In this document: positions 57,437 through 64,000 of the stretch, piece after piece
How positions within the stretch are numbered: the stretch's first letter is position 1
How the letters are laid out: every line of letters begins with the position of its first letter
Origin: Candidatus Brocadiia bacterium
Lineage (GTDB): Bacteria; Planctomycetota; Brocadiia; SM23-32
Assembly (NCBI GenBank): GCA_046538485.1
Contig: JBKHIT010000001.1
Coordinates: forward strand, 1-64,000
Length of the DNA stretch: 64,000 nucleotides
Direction of reading: 5' to 3'
Translations under genes and position numbers: made by a program
The notes under the pieces: generated by a model
What the model was told of the DNA's origin: nothing
The model's input: the letters and a program-made list of their open reading frames with translations, nothing else
Database searches by the model: none

Positions 57437-58993
57437 TTATTTTTCACCGGTGCGGGTGGTCGTTACCACGATACGGCGTCCCCGCACGGCAATGACTTTA
57501 ACGGGTGTGCCTTTTTCGATCATCTCTCCCTGCGCCACCACATCGAGTTGTTCAGCGCCGATTTCCGCTTTTCCCGCCGGCCGCAGTGGGGTAATCGCCA
57601 CTCCTTCGCGGCCAATCATCTCGCTCTGCTCAGCCTGTTGTTCGGCCAGGGTCGGCGACCCTGTGATACTGGCCGAAGCCATGGTTTCGGTGCGAATAAG
57701 CCGGTTCAAAAAAGGCAAGGATCCCATATAGCGAATCAAAAGCATCATTATCAGCCCCGTCCCCACAAACGTGCCGATAACCTCGAGGATGTTGAATTCA
57801 AAAGCGTGAAATTCGCTTATTGTATCGGGCAAATCGAATTGCTGCAACATAAGGACAAGACTGACAAAAATGCAGAGAATTCCGAGTATCCCGGCCGCCC
57901 CAAAACCCGGGATCACAAAGATTTCAAGGGCAATGAGCAGAAACCCCACGAAAAACAGTACGATTTCAAAAGGCGCAGCATAATTCAAAGAATATTTGAC
58001 TAAGAAAAATACCGATATACATACCAACCCTGCAATGCCAGGGAGTCCAAATCCGGGGTTTTTCATCTCGATGAACAGCAAAACAAGTCCTGCCATCATC
58101 AGTAAAGGCCCGAAACTATCAAGCATAATCAGGAGCCGTTCGGACGAACTGATGTAGAGACGACGGACCTGATTGGGTTTCACGTCGAGTTCATCGTAGA
58201 GAGCAAGTCGGCTCGAGACCGTTTTCCGGGCAAAACCGAATTCTACCGCTCGTTTCGCCGACATCGTCAGTAATTCACCGCCACGGACAACAACTTCTTT
58301 CTGATCGATTTTCCGACGTTGCTGTTCGGGCATTCCCTCCAGTTTGTCTTCTGTCAAATAACGATAATAATCTTCCGGTTCGTCCGTGAAATGGACTTTA
58401 TAAACAACAAGTTGTTTGCTCACCATAGCTTCCACAAGCGGCCTGGGATAACCATGAGCCTCCGCATACTGGGTCAGGGATTCCCGAACGTATGTTTGCT
58501 GTTTTTCCCCCAATTCCTCTCCCGATGGCAGCACGGGCGCCACATCGCCCATCATACCGACTCCCTCGACGATATAGATCTCATCGCATGCCAGAGCCAC
58601 CATCGTCCCGCCGCTGATCGCTTCTTCATTAATAAAAGCAACCACGCGCACATCAACATCTTTGTGAATGTAATTGCCCAGGTCCTTGGCCGCGGTCACA
58701 AGGCCGCCCGGTGTGTCAAGCTCCAGGATGATTAAGTCAGCGCCTTCAGAGACGGCCTGTCCGATTTTCCGCCTGACGGTCGTGGCATTCGCTTCATTGA
58801 TCATGCCCTTCAGCCGGATCAGGCAAACATCGCGTTTCTCTCCCGCCACCGTTTCCCGCAGCAAGAGACCATTTCCCGAACAAATAACCCACATGGCTAT
58901 CAAGAAAAACATACAGATGGGTCGTTTTGTCCACATGCAAAATCCTTTCGATCTACGCCTATAAAAACCTTTTTCGCCCTGCAGGGCGCTCAT
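57437..58993 (-). CDS. nfeD: Long NfeD-family protein (ClpP-class serine protease, TM, OB fold; YqeZ-like)
   Basis: ELDTPGG, AISGG, EAMV, PGFGLPG, EIFVIPGFG, TPLRPAGKA; start probably internal (58936 or 58912). Confidence 0.9.
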   Translation of the reverse strand: MSALQGEKGFYRRRSKGFCMWTKRPICMFFLIAMWVICSGNGLLLRETVAGEKRDVCLIRLKGMINEANATTVRRKIGQAVSEGADLIILELDTPGGLVTAAKDLGNYIHKDVDVRVVAFINEEAISGGTMVALACDEIYIVEGVGMMGDVAPVLPSGEELGEKQQTYVRESLTQYAEAHGYPRPLVEAMVSKQLVVYKVHFTDEPEDYYRYLTEDKLEGMPEQQRRKIDQKEVVVRGGELLTMSAKRAVEFGFARKTVSSRLALYDELDVKPNQVRRLYISSSERLLIMLDSFGPLLMMAGLVLLFIEMKNPGFGLPGIAGLVCISVFFLVKYSLNYAAPFEIVLFFVGFLLIALEIFVIPGFGAAGILGILCIFVSLVLMLQQFDLPDTISEFHAFEFNILEVIGTFVGTGLIMMLLIRYMGSLPFLNRLIRTETMASASITGSPTLAEQQAEQSEMIGREGVAITPLRPAGKAEIGAEQLDVVAQGEMIEKGTPVKVIAVRGRRIVVTTTRTGEK

Positions 58994-59057
58994 AATTATA
59001 CCGTAAAAGTGTCAGATCGCACCTGACAAAGCCCACCACAGTGCAAAAGCAGGCTCA

Positions 59058-59789
59058 TCAAGTAATCGCGCCAACATCTTTTTCGGCTGAAGATTTTCGC
59101 CTGCCGACCGCTGCGAGACCGAGAGTCAGCACTGTGAGAGCAAGGCCGATCCAGAGAAGGATTATCACGTATAAGTCCCACGTCCCGACAAACTCCTCGA
59201 TGCGCGCAAGCTTATCCTGCAGAGTCTTGCTCTCCCCAAAAGGAAGAAAACCGTAAAGCCAGACGCCGCCAGCCAGCACAAATGCAACGACAAGAAACCC
59301 GGCAGCAGCTCTCCTCAAAAGTCGGAGCACGCGCTTTTTGGAAACCGTGGGAGACGTCAATCCCCAGCCCACCGCAGCGAGAACGGCTCCTGCAACCACA
59401 GAGACGACCAGCCACAGAAGCAAAGGTGAAGTAGCCCCCAACGCTTTGTCGAAACTGAATTGCATATATACGTGCTTTTCCTCGGTTATCTCAAAATACG
59501 GGATTATAAAACCGAGGTTAATAAGACTCAGCATCCGAACCACACCTCCCACGATTGCACCGACCAGTATGCCCCACATCCCGTAAGCGTAACCGCACAT
59601 AAGGCCCGGAAATACATACAAAGCGACAACGCGCGGGACAACCGTCCCAACCGTCCCTGTCGAACGGTCAGCCATAGCGAAAAACCCATGACCCAGTGCG
59701 GCCACAATCGTGATAAAAAACACGGCTATGACGACTGTGAACAGGTCCTGCTGTTCCTCGAGTTTTTCCACGTCATGATCTTCAGCCAT
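59058..59789 (-). CDS. Hypothetical multi-pass membrane protein
   Basis: About 6 hydrophobic segments; AAGGAGGTGGAG RBS; co-oriented with neighbours. Confidence 0.7.
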   Translation of the reverse strand: MAEDHDVEKLEEQQDLFTVVIAVFFITIVAALGHGFFAMADRSTGTVGTVVPRVVALYVFPGLMCGYAYGMWGILVGAIVGGVVRMLSLINLGFIIPYFEITEEKHVYMQFSFDKALGATSPLLLWLVVSVVAGAVLAAVGWGLTSPTVSKKRVLRLLRRAAAGFLVVAFVLAGGVWLYGFLPFGESKTLQDKLARIEEFVGTWDLYVIILLWIGLALTVLTLGLAAVGRRKSSAEKDVGAIT

Positions 59790-59855
59790 CGATTCTCCAC
59801 CTCCTTACCCATCACCGGCAATAGCGCAATTCACGCTCCGGTGGTAGTAATCTTT

Positions 59856-60746
59856 TTAGAGTTTTTCAAACTCTACGACTATGCTTTCGGGCACTGCAGG
59901 CATAGCGCCTCGCCGCCCGGCCACAAACGAGCCCAGAAGGTTGGCCGCGTGTGCTATGCTACTGAGAGAACATCCGTCAAGATATTTTACCATCAATCCC
60001 GCCGAGAAAGCATCCCCTGACCCAACGGTATCCACAACCTCCACCGGGGGCACAGCGGCGTCAACCCTATCCTGGTCCGCGTAAAGCGTGCATCCTTCAG
60101 GACCTCGCGTTACGCAGACCAAATTAACATCATAGGCAATCATAACCCGGTCACAGACCTTCTGCTCACCCCCGTTAATCGCCAGCAGTTCGCCCAAACG
60201 CACAATTTCCTCGTGATTTAGTTTCAGAGCCGTGCAGAGTTCAAGCGACCTTTCCACAATTTCCCGATTATAAAAGTCCTGTCGGAAATTAACATCGAAG
60301 AGCAATTCTCCACCACCCTCTGACGCTGCCAGCAAAACTTCCCGGATTGTCTGTCGGCTCTTGGCGGAGCGCTGGGCCAGTGTGCCAAAACAGATGGCGT
60401 TGGATTTCCGGGCCAGCCGGGTCCAGCGTTCGTCGGATTCAAGATAATCCCAGGCAACATCCTCAACAATCGCAAAATCGGGGACCCCCGCTTTATCGAC
60501 CTCAATAAGAACCCGGCCTGTAGGGTGACTCGCATCACGCTGTAGAAACTCCGTGGGCAAACGGGCCTCCTCAAGCGTCGAAAAAACGTCCTCGCCAAGC
60601 TGATCGCACCCCACTCGACTCAGCGGAATACCCGTATGGCCCATCTGCTTGACCTGATAGGCAAAGTTCGCGGGAGCCCCTCCGAGGACACGCTCATCCT
60701 CGAAACAATCCCAGAGTATCTCGCCTAAACCAAGGATGGTATACAT
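59856..60746 (-). CDS. PfkB-family carbohydrate kinase (fructokinase-like)
   Basis: GEILWD, GGAPANFA, FGTLAQR, DVNFR, VDTVGSGDAF. Confidence 0.93.
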   Translation of the reverse strand: MYTILGLGEILWDCFEDERVLGGAPANFAYQVKQMGHTGIPLSRVGCDQLGEDVFSTLEEARLPTEFLQRDASHPTGRVLIEVDKAGVPDFAIVEDVAWDYLESDERWTRLARKSNAICFGTLAQRSAKSRQTIREVLLAASEGGGELLFDVNFRQDFYNREIVERSLELCTALKLNHEEIVRLGELLAINGGEQKVCDRVMIAYDVNLVCVTRGPEGCTLYADQDRVDAAVPPVEVVDTVGSGDAFSAGLMVKYLDGCSLSSIAHAANLLGSFVAGRRGAMPAVPESIVVEFEKL

Positions 60747-60758
60747 CGGCGCCTCTGG

Positions 60759-62345
60759 TTATAGTTTCAGTAAACGGGCCTCATCCACCAGCTCCAGCTC
60801 CCGGATTTGCTCCAACGCTTCTTCCGTACAGGGAACATCAAGATTCAGGGCCAGCATTGCATTGCCGCCGACTTTCTCACGCCCGAATGTCATTCGGGCT
60901 ATATTCACGCCAGCCTTGCCAAGAGTATCACCAATTGTCCCAATCAAACCGGGCTGATCTTTCCCGAATATCACAAGTAGTGTGCCGTCCGGAGTCACCT
61001 CGGTGTGGAACGCTCCGATTTGCAGAACTCTGAGGTGCTCTTGCCCGAATACTGTTCCTGACACACCGATTCCATGGGTCTCCGTCGTCAGCGTCAGAGT
61101 AATCATATCAGTGAATCCGGCTTCCGGGGAATGAGATGAGCTGCTTTTCACCTCAACTCCTCGTTCCTCGGCCAGGTGAGAGGCGCTCACAATATTGACC
61201 GAATCACCAAGCATAACCTGAAGAACGCCCATGACCGCGAAATTCACAATGGGGCTTATGCTGTGGTCAGTAATCTCTCCTTTACAACTCACTTCGATCG
61301 ATTGCGGCCTATCACGATTAAGGCTGGCCGCTATGTTGCCCAGTCTCTGTGCAAGTCGACAGTAAGGATCAAGGCGTTCCATCTCCTCTGGAGAGACCGA
61401 CGTGATATTAAGAGCGTTGCGATAATGGTTCCGTTTCAGCGCATCAATCATCTGATCCGCCGCCTGATTCCCCACCGCAATTTGGGCCGCCTCGGTCGAT
61501 GCACCCAGGTGCGGTGTGGCCAGAATGCGGTCATTACAGGAAAATTCGTAATCCTCGGGGGGTTCTTCTTCGTAAACATCGAAGGCCGCCCCCGCCAGAT
61601 CACCGCTTTCCACAGCTTTCACAACCGCGCCCATATCCACCACCTCCCCGCGCGCGCAATTGACAATCCGAGCCATCGGTTTCATCAGAGCAATTTCAGT
61701 TTCCCCGATCAATCCGCGAGTCTTTTCGTTGCCCGGAACATGAACCGTCAAATAATCGCATTCCCGGAGCAATTCTTCCCTGTCGTCGACGAGCCGGATC
61801 CCGAGTTTCGACGCCACTTCCCGCGAGAGAAAAGGATCGTGAGCATGAACTTCCATGTCAAAACCGACAGCGCGCTTGGCAACCGCCTGCCCCACCCTTC
61901 CGAGTCCGATTATGCCGAGAATGGTTCCGGCAAGCTCGGCTCCGGTGAACTTTTTCTTATCCCATTTTCCTTCTCTCATCGAAACGTAAGCGGGGCCGAT
62001 ATTCCGCGAGAGCGCCAGCAGCAGCGCAAAAGCGTGCTCGGCTGTGCTGATAGTATTTGCACCCGGAGTGTTCATTACGACTACCCCTCGACGCGAGGCC
62101 GCCGGAATGTCAATATTATCGACACCAACACCGGCACGCACGATGGCCTGGAGCTCTTCTGCACATTCGATGACTTCCTCGCTTAGTTTGGCGCCAGAAC
62201 GACAAATAATACCAGCTACGTCCTCAACATTATCTTTCAAATCGTCATGAGAAAGTCCGGGCTGGTTGCGGACTTCAAATCCGGCGTCTTCAATCTTTTC
62301 AACAGTGCTTTCCGGCAGTTTGTCAGCGAGCAAAACTGTAGGCAT
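60759..62345 (-). CDS. serA: D-3-phosphoglycerate dehydrogenase (with ASB and ACT domains)
   Basis: RAGVGVDNID, NTISTAEH, GIIGLGRVG, NCARG, TPHLGASTEAAQ, C-terminal DQPGLIG ACT domain. Confidence 0.96.
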   Translation of the reverse strand: MPTVLLADKLPESTVEKIEDAGFEVRNQPGLSHDDLKDNVEDVAGIICRSGAKLSEEVIECAEELQAIVRAGVGVDNIDIPAASRRGVVVMNTPGANTISTAEHAFALLLALSRNIGPAYVSMREGKWDKKKFTGAELAGTILGIIGLGRVGQAVAKRAVGFDMEVHAHDPFLSREVASKLGIRLVDDREELLRECDYLTVHVPGNEKTRGLIGETEIALMKPMARIVNCARGEVVDMGAVVKAVESGDLAGAAFDVYEEEPPEDYEFSCNDRILATPHLGASTEAAQIAVGNQAADQMIDALKRNHYRNALNITSVSPEEMERLDPYCRLAQRLGNIAASLNRDRPQSIEVSCKGEITDHSISPIVNFAVMGVLQVMLGDSVNIVSASHLAEERGVEVKSSSSHSPEAGFTDMITLTLTTETHGIGVSGTVFGQEHLRVLQIGAFHTEVTPDGTLLVIFGKDQPGLIGTIGDTLGKAGVNIARMTFGREKVGGNAMLALNLDVPCTEEALEQIRELELVDEARLLKL

Positions 62346-62398
62346 GGCACATTCTCCCAAACAAGCAAGGTTGACATGGAGAAGGCAAACGGACAGGA

Positions 62399-62427
62399 AT
62401 TATAGTAAAGCACAGGCGCAACGTCAA
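62399..62427 (-). promoter_or_regulatory. Sigma70 promoter of serA and the downstream gene run
   Basis: Minus strand TTGACG-N17-TATAAT. Confidence 0.75.
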
Positions 62428-62570
62428 CGCGCGCGGACAAGTCGTAAACGGAAAAAGTCCGCGGGATAACCTTGTGATATTGCCCACCGGAGCCTTGACC
62501 GTTCGCCCCCCCAGATCGTAAAATTAAGTAGCTCATTACGGGGACGAATCTGTTGAGAGGAGGTCGTCAA

Positions 62571-64000
62571 TTGCACGGCAGCCGAGCACAAACTGACGGT
62601 AACTTGTTCAGCGCACTCCCAATCTTGCTCTGCCTGATACTCATTTCCGTAGTATCGGCAGGGGAAAGTTCTGGGCCACCACCGCATCCAGAATATATCC
62701 AGCAACTGATCGAAAAAATGGCGCCTCAGGACTGGGCGGGGCAGCATTACCATCAAAAACTCGTTGAAATAGGGGAACCAGCTGTCCCCCACCTCAAAAA
62801 AGCTCTCAAACATTCCGCCCCCCGCGTCCGTTACTGGTCGATTGCAGCACTTGGCAAAATCGGCGACGAGCAAGCTATCCCTGCCCTGATTAGAGCCCTG
62901 CAAGACGACAGTACGATGGTCCGCGCAGCCGCGACCTACCATCTCATTCACTGGTGGGACCGAGAGGAAGTGCAGCAGCTCATCGTCGGCAAGCTCCACA
63001 GCCGTAACCCGAAAGTTCAGGAAGCCGCCTGCCGCGTCATCGCCGAAAAAAAGCACAAAGACGCCCTGCCGGTTGTCATGGAACTTATGAAAAGCGATTA
63101 TCCCTCCGAACGACGGAACGCACTCATCGCCCTTGAAGGCACTAAAGGTGATAATGCAATCGAATCTCTTATCGACAGGCTTAAAAATGACCGCAGCGGG
63201 AGCGTCAGATTGCGCGCTCTCGAACTGCTGGCACAATGGGCAAACCGGGAAGACGTCCAGAACGGGATTCTTAAGGCGCTCGACGACGAAAAAGAAGACG
63301 TTCAAGATCTGGCGTGCAGCATCGTCGTGAAACATAATTTGCAGAAAGCTCTCCCCGAACTCAAAAAACTGGCCCAAGATAAAAATCCCACACACCGTTA
63401 TCACGCACTTAACACACTCGTAAAACTCCAGGGCCCAAAAACACTGGCCCGTCTAAAGAAGGCCCTTCGGGAAGACGAGAGCCCCCGTGTCCGGTCATTG
63501 GCCGCCGATTACCTCGGGGATTGGCTGAATCGCGATAACGTGGTCCCGCTGCTGATCTCCGCCCTCGGAGATGAAAGCAAATTGGTCCAGGAGATGGCGT
63601 ACAAACGCGTCGTCGAAAATGCAAACTGGAATGATTCCGAGGAACTTCGCAAAACCGTGCTCGAAAACCTTGTGGCTGAAAACGCACGCCTTCAAGGCTG
63701 GTGCCTCCGAATCGTACGCGAGAAAGGCTATAAAAAAGCCATTCCCAGGTTGAATAAACTCATCGACAGCAAACGGACTGTCGCACGCTACGGCGCACTT
63801 CGAGCACTCGCCCGGCTGCAGGGCGAAAAAACAATTCCGCTGCTCAAAGAAGCGCTGCTGAAAGATCCGAGCAGTGACGTCCGAGGAATGGCGGTCTACG
63901 AACTCGCGCGCTGGTTCGAGGAACGAGACGATGTAAAAAAAAGGATCTCCGCGGCGCTCGATGACAAAGACAGAGCCGTGCAGGGATGGGCGATGCATAT
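62571..64000 (+). CDS. Exported HEAT-repeat protein (partial, runs off right edge)
   Basis: Not in the ORF track. GAGGAGG RBS, TTG 62571, hydrophobic signal (LPILLCLILISVVSA), then IGEPAVPHLKKAL..PRVRYWSIAALGKIGDEQAIPALIRALQD repeats. Confidence 0.88.
   Translation, partial: MHGSRAQTDGNLFSALPILLCLILISVVSAGESSGPPPHPEYIQQLIEKMAPQDWAGQHYHQKLVEIGEPAVPHLKKALKHSAPRVRYWSIAALGKIGDEQAIPALIRALQDDSTMVRAAATYHLIHWWDREEVQQLIVGKLHSRNPKVQEAACRVIAEKKHKDALPVVMELMKSDYPSERRNALIALEGTKGDNAIESLIDRLKNDRSGSVRLRALELLAQWANREDVQNGILKALDDEKEDVQDLACSIVVKHNLQKALPELKKLAQDKNPTHRYHALNTLVKLQGPKTLARLKKALREDESPRVRSLAADYLGDWLNRDNVVPLLISALGDESKLVQEMAYKRVVENANWNDSEELRKTVLENLVAENARLQGWCLRIVREKGYKKAIPRLNKLIDSKRTVARYGALRALARLQGEKTIPLLKEALLKDPSSDVRGMAVYELARWFEERDDVKKRISAALDDKDRAVQGWAMH

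Noticed and set aside
62424..63998. Minus-strand ORFs of 326 and 167 aa
   Set aside because: Shadows of the plus-strand HEAT gene, which the ORF track missed because it has no stop in the window.

Overview
64 kb of bacterial chromosome. Gene content (lpxK, two sulfatases, HEAT-repeat proteins, a DUF4838 protein, a Hanks kinase, a planctomycete-style HNH) suggests a diderm PVC/Planctomycetota-like organism; this is inference, not a database result. About 50 coding regions are supported. No rRNA, tRNA or CRISPR array was seen. Housekeeping and metabolic genes include purE, manC, lpxK, trxA, serA and a two-gene SufC/SufBD (SMS-type) Fe-S scaffold. Two blocks stand out. (1) A ~15 kb signalling island (26.3-41.4 kb) holds a kaiC-kaiB pair (KaiC with SS phospho-site and long C-terminal coiled coil, no kaiA in the window), three paralogous hybrid histidine kinases (two with Cys-rich GAF domains), a degenerate GGDEF protein, a REC-HD-GYP phosphodiesterase and an HTH_17-REC regulator. 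The kaiCB-kinase module is bracketed by 273-bp direct repeats, and its kinase is split by a -1 frameshift at an in-frame G_TTA_AAC heptamer. (2) A long minus-strand gene run in which the nfeD/floA/yqfB membrane-microdomain genes are interleaved with an RCK-gated channel with a non-GYG filter, a separate RCK protein and a 1007-aa HEAT protein, followed by an alpha/beta hydrolase and a MEMO1 homolog. Two REP-like repeat families, an IS3-like remnant and a GH30 gene fragment are also present. All calls come from motif recognition by eye; no searches were run.
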